Shown here piece by piece: positions 1-13,705 of a stretch of 64,000 nucleotides of DNA. The stretch's first letter is position 1. Every line of letters begins with the position of its first letter. The notes below the pieces were generated by a model. That model saw only the letters and a list, made by a program, of their open reading frames with translations, was not told where the DNA came from and made no database searches. The translations under genes and the position numbers were made by a program. The DNA is from Phoronis australis (Eukaryota > Animalia > Phoronida), in assembly GCA_002633005.1 (NCBI GenBank), contig NMRA01001045.1, positions 620-64,619 of the forward strand. Direction: 5' to 3'.

Positions 1-238
1 ACAGTAATAAGCTTAATTTATCTCATTACCTTAACCCGCGGTACAGCCTCAATGACGTCAGACGCGCGTTAACCAATAGGAATTGACATTGGAAAAACGT
101 TTTTTAACAAAAATATGAAAAAATAACAAAGATGTGATTTTTGGTATAGACTTCTTACATCAATTAAATTACATTAAAAATGCATGTTATTGTGCTTCAG
201 GAAACTTTTGAATATTTTCGCAGGTGTTGCTGCTACAA

Positions 239-660
239 TTAAAGGAGAATGCCACCCGATTTAATTAGTCTTTTTTGCCGTCTCAATCGGTCTATATCCA
301 CATCGCCTCGCATACATGTACGGTCGACCTTACCTTGCCAAGAGGTGTCGAGATAACCTGTGGGGAAGGTGAGAAACGACGCTAGCGACGTTAGTGGTTC
401 ATATGCAGAGTGAATGCCGCTATGTTCCTGCAAAATGCAATGCATCGTTCCCGCTTGTCCGAACTAAGCAGCTCCGAGGAAGTCGGGTATATCGGGTTTT
501 TTTTTCTTACTTTCTCGAGAGTCAGAAATGCTTAGGAAGTGGCTCATGGTAGTGAAGAATGAAATGTAGGCTGTAAATAGCAAGTATGAGGCCGTGAAAC
601 ATCTCCGTGTCTGTGGTCTGCAGACGTCGACAGTGCCTGACGAATGCCGGCTTACCAAAT
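239..660. mobile_element. Non-autonomous Kolobok-like DNA transposon end
   Basis: Begins TTAA|AGGAGAATGCCACCC, the same terminus as at 39476. The interior aligns with 52088-52460 and, inverted, with about 41980-42300. A TTAA target with an AGG terminus fits Kolobok. Confidence 0.6.
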
Positions 661-961
661 AACTCCATACAGTGTACATCAATAGATCGTAATAAATCTA
701 AAAATTCATCACGAGATTTTACATTGCACTTACGTGTATATGTTAAGTTCTTTTTGATGAGTTTATCTAATGTTTTAGCAACCTCGTACAGGTGTAGGTA
801 GGGGTTAACACTTGAAAATGATGGGTCTCAGTGGATACCCAGGCTTACCCTCAACAATTTGAAAGTATTTCAACTGCAATCTGAAGAAAGACATTTCTGT
901 AAACAATACGAAAGTTTGTTAAACAAAATATCTAAGGCCAGGAACAGCTTACTTTTCAATG

Positions 962-1015
962 ACACACAAACATATATATATATATATATATAGTTATTTC
1001 AACATTAAGGCCACA

Positions 1016-1053
<38 letters not shown>

Positions 1054-1069
1054 TTTCAACATTAAGGCC
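962..1069. repeat. Tandem duplication of a roughly 50-bp unit containing a (TA)n microsatellite
   Basis: cacaaaca(ta)n gttatttcaacattaaggcc occurs twice in tandem at the 3' tail of the adjacent LINE. Confidence 0.9.
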
Positions 1070-1990
1070 TTAGCCCACATGTTACATGTACATAAACGTT
1101 TCAGGATAACGCTGTGCAAATTTCCCTGAGGGCTGTGGCGTGAAATACAAATCTCATCTGAGTAATGGGCTCCTACATTTTCATTAGCTTTATAAATTTA
1201 TGTTTATTTGGTTGACGCCAGCTCCACTAATATAAAATGTAGCTGTCAGAGAATATTGCATTTTACAAACACATATGAAATTGTATTCATCTTCAGTTAG
1301 GGACACATAGAAACAACACACACTGCATTTTTCGTATACAAGATCATGTCTACCTTTCTCTATCATCAAGTTATGGTTGGAGCAACGTAATTTAGCCATA
1401 GCTGCTAAAAGATATATGGATAATTACGATATCTGATAGGATTTCATTTCAAAATTAATTTTAAATGTGGAATACGTATTAAGTTTTGAAATATTCTTCA
1501 CAGCAAAGCTCCAGTCTTGTAAAAAACAACCTTTAATTCGCTGCTCAAAAATGACAAGAAAAGATGCTTCTCAGCCAACTCCCTGATTGTCCCATACCAA
1601 TCTAAACAATATCGTTGCAGCAAATTCCTAAAAAGATGAAGCCCAATTTTTCTTATTGTCCCCATCCTATGTGACAAGCTTGTCATAGACAGATTTTAGA
1701 TTTCGATGTGCTTGCATTTTTAACATTTAAACTAATACTTGATCAGTTTAGCAAACAGCTTTACATCAATTGGATACCTTCCAAGTTCTCCCAGGAAAAC
1801 ATGATTTGAACAGTTACTTCCAACACCCAGCAGTTGCTTACAGAATTTTAATTGGACGCGCTCGATACTAGAATATTCCTTAATTCCCCAAATCTCACTG
1901 CCATAGCTAATGATTGGGTATACCATTTTTTCAAAAATCTCGAGTTCACTTTTCGTTGAATGTCGTCCACATTTTGACTGAAAAAGTTTA
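1070..1990 (-). mobile_element. Degenerate non-LTR retrotransposon 3' portion (RTE-X-like ORF2 C-terminus)
   Basis: Broken ORFs read YGSEIWG..ERVQLKFCKQLLGV..LGELGRYP and AKLRCSNHNLMIEKGRH..CxxC..EDEYNF..C, typical post-RT and zinc-knuckle regions. Confidence 0.8.
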
Positions 1991-2214
1991 ATTGAAAAAA
2001 ATGCTTTTTGTAAAGTTGACAGTATCCATGTTCTACAAGCCCACCACAGTGCATCAATTAATGAGACACAAGGGAATTTTCTCTGGAAAAATAAACAATT
2101 TAAGAAGGCACATTACTGCAGACTTTTCTAATGATTTTTAATTTTAAAGAACATCGTTTAAGTATAGCTACAATGTGCCTTGGCTTTTCCCAACGACTTT
2201 GGAAAGACGAGTTA

Positions 2215-2403
2215 GACTTTTAGTATAAACGCTATTTATTCTATTTTTGACGTCATATCTCACACATGATGCAATCTTGCATAATAGCAGCGGTCATTTA
2301 ATAAGCGCCGGTCTCGAATAAATACCTGAGTTGAATAAGTGTTGGGTCTAAAAAGCCCTTCAGAATATAAGCATCCGAGGCAACATTCCAGTATCCATAC
2401 GTA
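2215..2403. mobile_element. Possible decayed pogo/Tigger-like MITE
   Basis: Internal aataagcgcc/aataaatacc subrepeats and an end resembling ...catacgta. Confidence 0.3.
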
Positions 2404-3869
2404 GACCATGATTATGCTTTTCCAAGTCCATAGGATTAAGTGAGTGCACATGACACCATCGTCCTGAAGTTGTCAATATCCGCCATAGTCCTTGAAAGAC
2501 TCTAGCGCACACTCGTCACTTGCGGGTTGCATTCTTACAATCAGAATTGATCTAACACATTTTACGTATGACGTACATACACTCTGCACCTCTCACTTCC
2601 ATGTTCGCATACAACATGTTTACAGGATTGTACAATAATTTAGACGATTGCACGCAAATAAGATTGGCGATGTTTCCTTAAAAGTTAACGACAACATCAG
2701 ACAGAAGGGTAAAAACAAAGTAATTCCCAATTTTAACATACAGTAAATAGACGCTATCAAAAATTTTGTAAAAATTCGTTCTTGGGGGGGGGGTTCTTTT
2801 ATTCAAATAACAAGTTTTGAAATTCACATCAAAAGACAGCTTAAAACGCAAATGTTATTCAGTCATTTAATTTGCCTTTCAAAGTCTTTGAAAGGCCCAT
2901 ATTTGAATCGTTTCAAACATTGCAGACCTCTGCCACGTAGTCGTTTTATGTTATGAGCAAAAGTCTTAACGCTTAAAAACCTCTGAATATATTCTCGCAG
3001 CTGTTACTGTTTTACGCTTTAGACTTGAATACTATGAACATGTCTTGACTTTTTATATTTATTTCTTTCTCTTCGAGCTTGTTTTTCAAAACATAAATGT
3101 AATAGCTTTATGCAAAATAACAAATCAAAAATATGTGGCGTAATGCACCAATTTTAAATGATTGCAGGACAAAAATCTATACTCTGGTAGTTTTCATACA
3201 CATGAGATTACTGCATAGTTGATGTTTTTTTAACAAAGTGTTTGTTGAATGTAGAATTCTTGTTCTAGAATTATAATAAATAACAGCTATACGTATGTAA
3301 GGAACGACACAAAGTTTGGTTTCTGTGTTTGCTTACACACTGTCCTTGTTGTTGTTACAAGTGGATGTTCTAGATGATATTGTTTTTTTCTTAAAGCCAA
3401 CGATTTTCCTGACCAACAACGATTAACAAAGTTCATTTAAAAATCCTGGAGTGACTCAACAATCACAACACGCGTGTTCCAATATTTCTAGTTTAAAATG
3501 GAAAATTGTACATTCATCAAAATTCTAATTTTTATTTAATAAAGAAAAGGCAAAATTTATGTTGTTCTTTGAATTTTACTTGGGCCATTGGAGATTTACA
3601 AATTCGACACACGTTACTATAAATATCCTTGGAACCTGCATGATCATTTAAAAATGCTCACACCAAACGAAACTTCAGGTTCAACTAACATGTAAAGGCA
3701 TCAGAAGTGAAAGGATGTCTGATTAGCTTCCTAATTGGTAGATTTTTACATGGTCACTGACACTTATGCCCTCGGTTATACCGCACTATGATACGGGTAA
3801 TTTCCGTTATGAGTTGATGTTTACTTAAAATTTCTTATCATTCAGATAGCGCTACGAATGAACTGATCG

Positions 3870-5490
3870 ATTACAGAGCAACGCGGAGCGTTGAAATGTA
3901 TCCACGCACACACCGCAAAGGGTGTGCTTCAAGGAGGGTTTATCTGGAACACAAAAATGGCCACTAGATGACGCATTATACGTCGAATCCATCCGAAAGT
4001 TGTGTGTTATCAAAGCTATTTACCAAATTTCATAAAAATCCGTCAAGGACCTTCTGAGTAACCGACGGAAATGAAAAAGATGAAGCTGCAACTAAGAGGC
4101 TACATACAGTGTATAGGCGCAAAAATTATAACTGCCTGTAAGCCAGGCCAGAGTAGATGAAGTCGTCGGAAAATCGTCATCAGACTTCGTCTTCAGATTA
4201 GGAACATGCATACAAATTTCCAGAACCATCCTTAGAGTGGTTTGGCGGACAGAAGGGCGGACGCCAAATAACAACACTCGAAAACAGTAAAATGGCCACT
4301 AGGTGGCGCAAAATACCACGCATCAAATTGAGAACCGTAGGATAGCATCAGCTTTCTAATAGATGCCAATTTACCAAATTTTCTGAAAATCCATTCAAGA
4401 CCTTTGAATATAAAGACTGAGGTAAAACTAAAAAAAATTAAGATTGCCACGAGGGAGCACACCGGTAGTCCAATCCATCCGAAAGGTGTCGTCGTTTGTT
4501 GTGAAGTTTATATAAGCGCATCTGTTGAATTTAAGATCCTTTTGAGGGTTTAGGAGATAGCCTACAGTCATGAACGTAAAAAGCTGCCACTAGGAGGTGC
4601 CACAAGTGTCGAGGCCATCCGAAAACCATCGTCAGCCCTCTTCTTCACGTTAGGAACATGCAGACCAATTTCCACAATCATCCTTAGAATGGTTTGGTTT
4701 ACAGAGAGGCAGATGCCAACTGAAAAAAAAAACAGATTAAAAACAGTAAAAAGGCAACTAGGTATCACAAAATGCATCAAAGTCAACTGAAAGACGGACG
4801 AGAGCGTAATCTCACTAACAGATGTCTATCAGCCAATTTTTATGAAAATCCGTTGACGACCTTTGAAGAAACAGAGGTAAACGTAAAAAACTAAAAGTAC
4901 TACAAGGACCACACCACTAGTTCAATACGTCCGAAAGTTGTCGTCCTCTGTTGTCAACTTCATATTAGTAAACCATCAAAATCCAATAAAGGTCCTCCGG
5001 AGCGTTTGTGAGATACAGCCATGGGCGCAAAAACAAACAAAACTGCCACTAGGAGGTGCCACATTAGTCGAAGTCGCCGGAAAGTTATCCCTAGAGGGGT
5101 TTAGTTGATAGAAGGACGGACGCCAAAACAAACTCGAAAACAGTGAAAATGGCCACTAGGTGACGCAAAGTAGCTCGATCCCATTCAAAAAACGGGAGGA
5201 TGGCATCATCTCACTAACTGCGTAACTGACAAATTTTATGAAAATCTGTTGAGGGCCTCCGAAGATACAGAAGTAAACTTTAAAAAATCCACTAGGGGTC
5301 ACACCACTTGTGCTTTGGAGAGTTCAGAAACTCGTCGTCATCCGTTGTAAGCTTCATAGAAACAAATCTGAGAAATCTCATCAAGATCCTGTTATGATTT
5401 TAGTAGATACTTCTGCGGACGCCGGAGGCCGGAGGCCGGACGCCCAGACATACAATGTAGATGACGGCAATAAGCGACCACATGTAAATA
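3870..5490 (+). repeat. Helentron/HINE-like non-autonomous element with an internal array of diverged 110-210-bp (mostly about 145-bp) subunits
   Basis: Recurrent (tg)gccactagg(t/a)gg(c/t)g motifs at about 3959, 4086, 4293, 4445, 4585, 4753, 4898, 5044, 5150 and 5288, with a GGAC/CCGG microsatellite-like end near 5420-5445. Homologous to 13705-14925 and, inverted, to 56330-57790. Confidence 0.7.
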
Positions 5491-6489
5491 CGTAGGAGCA
5501 TGAAATGCATGACATCCGGAACGTGATAACAACGTACACAGATGATGTCCTTACATCAAAGCAGGCAAGAACATACCAATATAGAAAAGAGACGAAACAT
5601 CGTGGGAAAGAAACACCAGTGGTCGTATAATAAAACAAACATAAATCGATCCTTCTAGCCCAGTAGGTCATGTGAACCACGGGAAAGCAATGTTCTCTCT
5701 CGTTCCATTTGGCCTGATATCACCGTCGGGAAAGGTCCATATTTTACATTATAACCAAGGTACTCTTCAAGAAGTTGGTCTTGATATTAGTCATTGTAGT
5801 GTTCAGACGTAGACAGTAATATAGCTCCAATGTTATGATATCTTGATGTAGAGATGTGTGTCTGTACGAGAAGTGCCAAAACAGTGTTCTTGACATTGGT
5901 AACACATCTGTGATGGGCATATGCCACAGAGTGACGTATGAGAGGCAGTGTATCTGGGACTACCCATGGGGGTTGAACTCATCAGAGTGATGAAACTTGC
6001 TGTGGACACAATAGAACAGCAACAGAACTTCCGGAATCAAGCACTAAACCTTCAGTTTAACTTCCTTTTGCACGTATATTCGCGGGGTGCTACAATTCAG
6101 AGATGCGTCAAAGACAAGACACTTTAAGAAGACATTGATGCAAGCGCCAATATCATGAAAGTCTAAATGTGGTGCTTGGTGCCACAGCTATAAGCACAAG
6201 TAGAATTTTAATAATAATAATAGCATTAATTATGCAACTTTATTGAGAAACAACTTGCAAACTGATTTCATTAAACTAATTGACCATAAGAACACAGGTG
6301 CAAAGATCATGATAGTTCATGTGTGGTGCCTGGTAGCGTGGCTACAAGCACAGAAGAATTTTGAATAATGGCGGCCTTAACTTGTATAAATTAAATACAG
6401 ACGGCATGGAACAGAAGAAAATTTGGCTAATCATAAGGAATATAACACGACATATAAAAAATTAATAAAAACAAAAAATATTCTGTGAA

Positions 6490-8900
6490 AGAATAATTAA
6501 ATCATTGTTGGCTTCATCTATCAATGAAAACAAAAAGAATATTTTGGTACTCGGTGAAGGGGAACAAAGAAGAACGGTCTTCAACTATTATACATCAACA
6601 GTGGTATAACAGTTTTAAAAGCGTTTATACTTCTCAGACTGGAGACCATGGTGAATTTTTTCCCGGTTCAGTAAAGTTAGGACCTCGCTAAAAAGCAAGA
6701 CTTCGTGAAAACACGTGACTGGCTAGATTTTAGCTAGGTCCTAGCATGGGTCCTACTGTAGCGTTAATGAACGCCCGCCCGGTTGTTATGTAACCGCTTC
6801 CATTAATGGGCGAATGCAAGCAATACTGTCTGTGAGGATCAAGTTGGTTTCAGGAAAAGGTATTCCACAATGGATAACGTTTATTCTCGATACACTAATT
6901 AACGAATATCTATTAAAACGTAGAGGCCGGTTCTATTGCTATCCTGTCGACTTTCAAAAAGCGTTCGACTGGGTCTGGCGAGATGGTCTTAAATATAAAA
7001 TGTCAAGTTTTAAAATATATGGGAAAATTTATAGAAATTCTTAACAGTACATGTATGTGTGTTAATGTGAAGTCTTGCGTCTTGCTGAAAGGGGATGGTT
7101 GCGTAACCGATGTCTTCCAATGTACGATAGGTGTAGGTCAAGGTGTCAAATGTCTCATGTTGTCTTCTCGCTATTCATAAATGATTTAGAAAGTGATTTA
7201 CACAATGCACAGTGCTCGGGTGTAGATATTGGACTTATGTTTGTTTTTGTTTTTGTTTGCCGACAATTAGGTTCTCGTTGCTGAAACCGCTATTACTATG
7301 CAAAGATTTATTACCAAACTAGAAGAATATTGTAATAAATGGAAGCTTCATGTGAATATATCGAAGACAAAAAATATAGTCCTCCGAAAAGGGGGATACT
7401 TGAGAAATTATGAAAAGGGGAAATTATTTGGCGAAATTGTACAAACGTCTCTAGAGCATAATTATTAGAGTATCATGTTTACTCCTACGTAGGGGCAGAA
7501 AACGTTAGCTGACAAATCGGCAAACACTATTTTTGTACCAAAAAGTGCATCTTCAAATACAGTGACTTACGAATTCCTTATGGGTGTCGCTGCAATTCTG
7601 GGGGCCTGACTACGTAGACTTGGCTTTAGCATATGATTGATTGGCGTTTGAACTCAAGCGCCGTGCCGGTCGTCGTGTTCAGGCACTTGAGAAGCATTGG
7701 TGAACACTTATAGCCGCTTTTTTGGAATGAACGTAGCTGTGAGTATGACGTGTTGTTCACTGGTTCAAATGTAGTATAATACAAGTTTAGCACTGGAACA
7801 TTTTCATATCTACTGCGAACAATATCCTCAAGCCATCAAGTGTTCCTCCTTGGGCGGTTTGTCTTGTAATCCGTCACAGTGACATTCCTGTGCAAATGTG
7901 GTTCAAAATGTTTGACACAAAAATATTACCAGTCTTGAAATGGTGCAAAATAAATCTGTAAATATTTGTTGGGACTTAAACAACATGACACAAATGTTGC
8001 AGTGCAATGAAGGTACATCTATTATTGAGAATTGTTAAATTACTGGTTAACATGGGCGGCTCACCATAGGAGGCAGAGGGGCTATAGACCTCACTTTTTC
8101 AGTGCTGCGCTGCTCATTGTCTAAGGGCGATGCACCACAGGAGGGCTGGGGGTTATAGCTCCCCACTTTTTGCAATGCTGCACCGCCCGTTGTTAAAGAT
8201 TATCAAATCGCCAAGCCATCGTTATGTTAGTGTGTGCTATAATGTGCAAGATGAATGAACTGAGCAAAATAAGTGTTGCTGGGCTCTAAATGTTAAACAC
8301 TTGTTATTTGCTTATGGTTTTGGAGTTGTTTGGATACAACAAGGTGTGGGCGATGCTGCCTCTTGTGTAAGTGAATTTCAACAACGATGCTTTGATATTG
8401 ACATCCAGGATTGGAGAGACAATGTCTTTTATTTTCTCAGTCATTACATGTTTATAAAAAAGTTTAAAGTAATTTTGTAGTAGAAAAATACATAACATGT
8501 TTAGAAAATAGTTTTCACAGAGTGGCCCTCGCAAGATTCAGATGCTCGGCGCATTGTTCAGGGAAGGTTCAGTGTACTTGATAAAGAGGAGAGAATATGC
8601 CTCTGTTTTGACAGTGGGAAAGTGGAAACGGAATTGCACTTTCTTCTCGACTGTAATTTATAATCTGATCTACGTGTGCTGTTCTTACAAAGAGACGATA
8701 AGGTGGACGAGATAGTGTTCAGAATTTTTTCACACACTAGTGACTTAACTCTCCTGAGAACAGTTGCTAGATATTTAATTAATGCGGAGAAACGTCGAAA
8801 TGAGTTCCTTGATATGAATTAATTTTTATTAGAAAAATCATGTACTCTCTGTGTCTCATATATTTGCAATGGGCGCCGGAGGCCTATTACATGAAATGAA
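6490..8900 (+). mobile_element. Degenerate RTE-X-like LINE (RT and C-terminal region) with nested insertions
   Basis: RT motifs VDFQKAFDWVWRDGL, IGVGQG, FSLFINDLE and FADN are present. Downstream come YWLKII, LLFAYGFGVVWIQQGVG and a C-terminal ETELHFLLDC. Many stops and frameshifts. Confidence 0.8.
8051..8192. mobile_element. 142-bp MITE inserted in the LINE at a TTAA target
   Basis: TTAA flanks both sides (8047-8050 and 8193-8196). Imperfect TIRs are catgggcgg / ccgcccgttg, and the interior is a dimer. Removing it restores the LINE frame YWLKII. Confidence 0.75.
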
Positions 8901-9481
8901 CCTACCAATTATACAAATTGACGATGTATCCACCAAAGAACTTGCACTATTACATTCGCAAATTATGGAAACGTTGGTGAAAACGTCAAAATAATATGCC
9001 TGCAGTGCTTGGAAAGGTAAATAAAAGAAAAACTTGAATTGTCCATAACGCCGAGATTATGCATATTTAAAAAATGCTCAATGGCTGTGAACGCCCCCCA
9101 CGCCTAAATCACTTTTAAATGACCATGACCATTTAAAACCCCTGGCTACGTGAAACAGCAAACAAAAAACTTTATCCGACAAATCCAAGTTCAGCCCTTT
9201 GGCTCCCGGACTGAAGAGCTCTTCTGAAGTCGCAGTGCATTGTGAACTGGATTTCTTTCCAAAACTCAGAATGGAGTTGCTGAGCCCAGATGTTTGCGGG
9301 ATTCTTTTCTAAGGGTGATTTCACGTTTGGGTTTTGGATCAAAATCTGGACCAACTGAGTAATGGGATTCCAAAAAATATCCCGACATTTTAGTTTTGTG
9401 AAACACTTCACATCTATTTGACAGAAATATTTACACTCTCGGTAAATCTAGAATAGATTTGTGTTTTAAATTTGCCAGGTG

Positions 9482-9487
9482 TTTATT
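9482..9487 (-). promoter_or_regulatory. Candidate polyadenylation signal of gene A
   Basis: AATAAA on the minus strand, about 30 nt after the gene A stop at 9518. Confidence 0.5.
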
Positions 9488-9517
9488 AAACAATGCATTT
9501 GATAGCGCTGGTTGACT

Positions 9518-9834
9518 TTAAGCTATGTAAAGAAATCTAGTACATGTTTTGGTGCATTCTGAGTAAGTGACAAATTTGCACATATCACATGATTGACAAT
9601 GGAGCAAACAGACGACCATAAAGCGGGCATACTTAAAGTCTATCTTATGAACATTGTCGGGAATGGTCTTTATAGCCATGAAGATACTATTGGCTTTAGC
9701 ATACTTTCTGACGTGTGCCAGGTTCAAACAATGGTTGTCAAAGCTGTGCCTTGATTGAGGAGCGCTGAAGTCTGCCACTGTAGATGGCGGCGCCGTCGTG
9801 TTTGTGACTTCCGGATGCGAAGTTGTGAATGTTC
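9518..9834 (-). CDS. Gene A terminal exon: Thr/Pro-rich linker plus PAN/Apple-like domain
   Basis: Acceptor taacag|GA (phase 1), 317 nt to TAA. Reads GTFTTSHPEVTNTTAPPSTV...CLLHCQSCDMCKFVTYSECTKTCTRFLYIA*, a C-x3-C-x5-C-x4-Y-x6-C PAN-like pattern. Same length as, and clearly similar to, 53528-53844. Confidence 0.85.
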
Positions 9835-10184
9835 CTGTTACATAAAGGATTGTGTTAGAAAGTTGAAATGTTCAGTCGTTCAGACATAGTGAGATAAACG
9901 TGTCATCCTAATCCACCACTAGTTTTCACCTGTACGGAGACGATTAAGCTAAACCTTGTGTTCCACCAAACTCCACGTACATGTAGCTGCTCACAATGAG
10001 TCCAGCTACACTTACATGTACAGTGTAAACTACAAAGTTCTGAATCCAGACAGGGGCGTAAATCCATGATCGTCAAGAAAAAGAATATATTACCAAGTTT
10101 GCGTTTTGCAATGCAGGCATAATCTGCCGTCGAAGCCCATAAACAGTGTGTGCTATTGGGAATCATACGTAGTATAACTTTGTG

Positions 10185-10460
10185 TCCGGTCCCCATATTC
10201 CGGCACTTTTCATCTACACCGCAAAAAGTGTAGTGAGCGTGGAGGTGTAGGGTAAATTGGCTGGTAGAATGGTTTGTTTTCCCGAATTTCAATGCCGGGT
10301 GCCGCTTTTCCCCCTTCCCTATATTCCACCTCCCCTGTATTTCCCCAACCAATATTGACTCGTTCTTTTAGCTGTATATTTCCCGACTCTATTTTTCCCC
10401 GTACCAATTAATGTTCCCCTGACTCTATGTTTCCCGCCTCCATGTTACTCCAGTCCTATC
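10185..10460. repeat. Degenerate 16-18-bp minisatellite (ccctatrttcccc-like), probably a MITE remnant, in the gene A intron
   Basis: Repeated ccctatattcc / ctctatttttcccc / ctctatgtttccc units, absent from the paralogous gene B intron. Confidence 0.5.
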
Positions 10461-10766
10461 CTTACAGTAATTTCCTAATCCATTGCTATTTAAATTCAAG
10501 ATACTGCGGATTAAAAGCACGTAAGGATCCCGGAGAATCATAAACGTTCTCAACGTGTAGTTTCAACTCCAAGAGAAATTCCACGAGAAAAAGTGCATGC
10601 TGTTATGGAGCAATTGCATAGCCTGGATCCAAGGAGTCGCAAAATAGGATAAACCCGGATTCGAAGCAGAGGTCCGGTGAACTGATTTCCTGACATTCGG
10701 CATTACTTGTGTTTCATATTTTTACAAAGAATGTCCCTAATACATATATCTTTGTCGTGAACTCAC

Positions 10767-11003
10767 CGGTACAAAATGGTATTTCGCAATACTCCCATCT
10801 CACAAACAAATCAGTTGTATAGCACCAGGGTGCCACTGTGTCGTCTGTCTTTCTGCAATAATTCTCAGTCAAGTCCAAATAAAACCCATTGTGATAATGA
10901 GGATACTGCGAATCCCATCTCTGGCACTTTCTTCCGGAAGCTGTGACTGACTTGGTCCCATTGTAATACATACCGGATGCGACGAGCTTACATTCACGGC
11001 CAT
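10767..11003 (-). CDS. Gene A kringle-domain exon
   Basis: cttacag|AT ... ACC G|gtgagt, 237 nt, phase 1-1. Reads DGRECKLVASGMYYNGTKSVTASGRKCQRWDSQYPH..NYCRKTDDTVAPWCYTTDLFVRWEYCEIPFC, with all six kringle Cys. Confidence 0.92.
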
Positions 11004-11379
11004 CTGTAAGACCTTTTTGTCATGTTTATTGCAAACCAAACCACTGAACCAAAGAATACACTGTCGATATCAAAACAAACAGATATACATACACAATTGC
11101 CAACCCAAAGGAGCAAGAAAACTAGTATTAAAGCATCAATCTCCTGTCGAAATATTTATCTTGACAGTATTTTAAATCATGCATGGACAGGTACTGTCTT
11201 CGGTTGATTTCTAGCATTCGTTGTTTGCAGTAGATCACAATTTGCCAAAAATATCAACCACCTAAGTAAAGTGCCCCGATATTTGCATTTACTACTCATG
11301 CCACGATGAATGACTTACAGTACAAACTGTAGTTTGCTGTGATAGTTTTAATGCCGTTTGAACTATCGATTAGAGACCT

Positions 11380-11501
11380 TGTGCAAGGCCAAATTGTCAC
11401 AACGTCCCAAATTGTCACAACTTCGAAATTGTGACAGTTTAAATTGTCACAATTTTAAAGTTTTTGCAATTTAGGACGTTGTGACAATTTGGGCCTGCAC
11501 A
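11380..11501. mobile_element. Palindromic MITE with TGT...ACA termini
   Basis: TIRs tgtgcaaggccaaattgtcacaacgtcc / ggacgttgtgacaatttgggcctgcaca, with internal aaattgtcacaa repeats. Confidence 0.75.
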
Positions 11502-12639
11502 GACGCCACGCAAATCAATTATGGAAAAAATTACTAAGGTGAAGGTGACAAAATAAAATCATGGTCACGTTTCGTAACGCAGCAAACTTGCAAAACAGTC
11601 ACGCTGAGAAAATTTGATCCTTGAACAGGGCATTGTGTGATTAATTACAGTTTTCTCCTCGAATTAAGTATCCCAGCCTCGATGACCACTCACTTCCATG
11701 CAAGTGTAGGCGATGTAAGAAAGGTTGCGACCTTACCAGCTAAACAGGAGCCTTTCTCTGGTGTGATTTTCCGTGGTTTCCCGCCGCTATTCTCAAAAGA
11801 AAATTACTCTACGACAAGCACTCTCAGGTTATAGCAAATGTTAATTTGATGCAAGTCAAGGGCGAGCGCTTTACTAGGGAGGGAGGGAGGGAGAAAGAAA
11901 GACGGACGGAGGGACGGAGAGCGTTCGGTTTGGTGCAACTCGATTTGTTACCAAATCCAAAACATTACTGGGGGTGCTGCTTAGGCCAGGCCCGAATATC
12001 CCATAGCAAGCTCGGCTGGTACTCCCAAGTCAGACGAAGATGTACTCTCAAGGCGAGGCCCGGGGTCAAATCGCGAAAGGGTTGCTCCCACATCTAGCTC
12101 CAGGGTCACTGACAAATGCAGCTTGAAGAGGTGCCTCCAAAGCCATATCAGTGCATTATCCCATAGCCATGTCCGCCGGGTGATTTTCCCAAGACCACTT
12201 TGTGTGGTTCGCTAGGATCCATTTCAATGAGTTACTTAGATACTTAGCTTGGGAGTCTCTTCCATAACCAACTCTGTGAAATTCTCATATCCAGTTTGGA
12301 AGTGTGGGGTATCCCCGTATCAAGGTACCTTTTTTGAATTCAATGTAAGGTACAACAACCAATGCTAAATAATTTTAGTACAACAGTATAAGAACTTTGT
12401 TTTATTTGGATGCCCCTCCGTCTCTCTCCATTTCCACTACTTTAACGCTCACCAATGTTCGCCGGAACTGTAAAATCGTTCGAGGTAAAATAGTAAAGAA
12501 AGTTATAAATTTTCCTAACGCAATGGATGGCGTAACAGTTTCGGACCATTATGGAGCATGATGTCAAGCGCGAATACAGGTTACACTATAATTCCATGGT
12601 CTGTTGGCTTGTGAATTGGTCCCATTGCTTAGACACAAT

Positions 12640-13350
12640 TATCAGAACCGTGTGGAAGAAACAGGGATAAGCTCGATCTAGAAGCTTCGGCGTATTAGTT
12701 GGGGAAAAGGTGGGGTATCTATTATCGGGAAAGCCATGCAGTAAGGGAGAGATAGGAGTCGATCGCGGAAGGATGGCAAGGACAAATAGTTGACGACTGG
12801 GCGATAAGGTATTTTGTGGCGATGGTGGTGTGAAAGTGGCGGCGTCGTTTGTGTGAAATTGGATGAGACGGGGAGGCAGGTTCTTCTCTGCCTATATTCG
12901 GGCAAAGCTATGTCCTGTAATACCTGTAATACCTGTCACGGACAGGATCATTGGGGATATGCTGATGCACTATTCCCCTCCCCAGACCATCCCCGTGACA
13001 GCAGAAGGCGCAGAACTCCAGGGCTGACGTTGCCTGTAAGCATTTGATTTGACAACACTCGGGCACGGCTCTTCTTGTGACTCTTCGCAGCATGGCCATA
13101 AATGATACCGGCTTCGAGCAGTCGGCTGCCATCATTGAACTCCGCCAGTTGGGATGCAGTCTGCTCGAGGTTGTGTTTGCGGGCCAGCAGCTTAACGTCA
13201 GCCGAATATAAGTAGAGGGGTTGGTTGGTGGTGCATGAGCCAGCGAGGTAATCTGCACGCTCATTAATCAGGACACCGGCGTGGCCAGGTACGAAAGACC
13301 AGATCACCACATGATGAGGGTGGCGTGATCGGAAGACACCCCAGTTGGCT
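12640..13350 (-). mobile_element. Non-LTR retrotransposon fragment with RNase H (I-group-like)
   Basis: ORF 12948-13310 contains WSFVPGHAGVLINERADYLAG, matching the retroelement RNase H motif W-x-PGH-x-G-x3-NE-x-AD-x-LA. Confidence 0.7.
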
Positions 13351-13354
13351 GGGA

Positions 13355-13705
13355 GGTTTCCAGATTGAACTTTATGCTATGTCATCTAACCCCCACCCGC
13401 CTTCAATATATCTGGGTGTACCACAACCCCTATCTGGTGTAAGAACCTCCGATCTGGCTCCAAGCGTTGTTTTTGGAAAGTACTTTTGTAGGCACACCAG
13501 TATTGGTTTTTCAACAAATCGCGGTTCATTAATGCTAAACCTCCGATTTGTAACGACAGCCCGCCGATTCATCACAATCAAAGTGACAAGGGCGTCGCAG
13601 AGCTTTGAAAGCCACCCACGAATGCACCACAAACGGTGCGCTTCTAGGGTTGTTTATTTGTTCCATAAAAACGGCTACTAGACAGCTCAATCCATCTGAA
13701 AACAG
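13355..13705. mobile_element. Probable MITE with imperfect TIRs
   Basis: gtttccagattgaact at the left matches the reverse complement of agctcaatccatctgaaaac at the right. Confidence 0.4.

Noticed and set aside
9903-10352. 149-aa minus-strand ORF between the gene A exons
   Set aside because: It is intronic, overlaps a minisatellite, and is not conserved as an ORF in the paralogous gene B intron.
10714-10971. Naming the kringle ORFs plasminogen, HGF or apolipoprotein(a)
   Set aside because: There is no protease domain and the domain order differs, so no gene symbol is justified. The ORF-track boundaries also run into introns.
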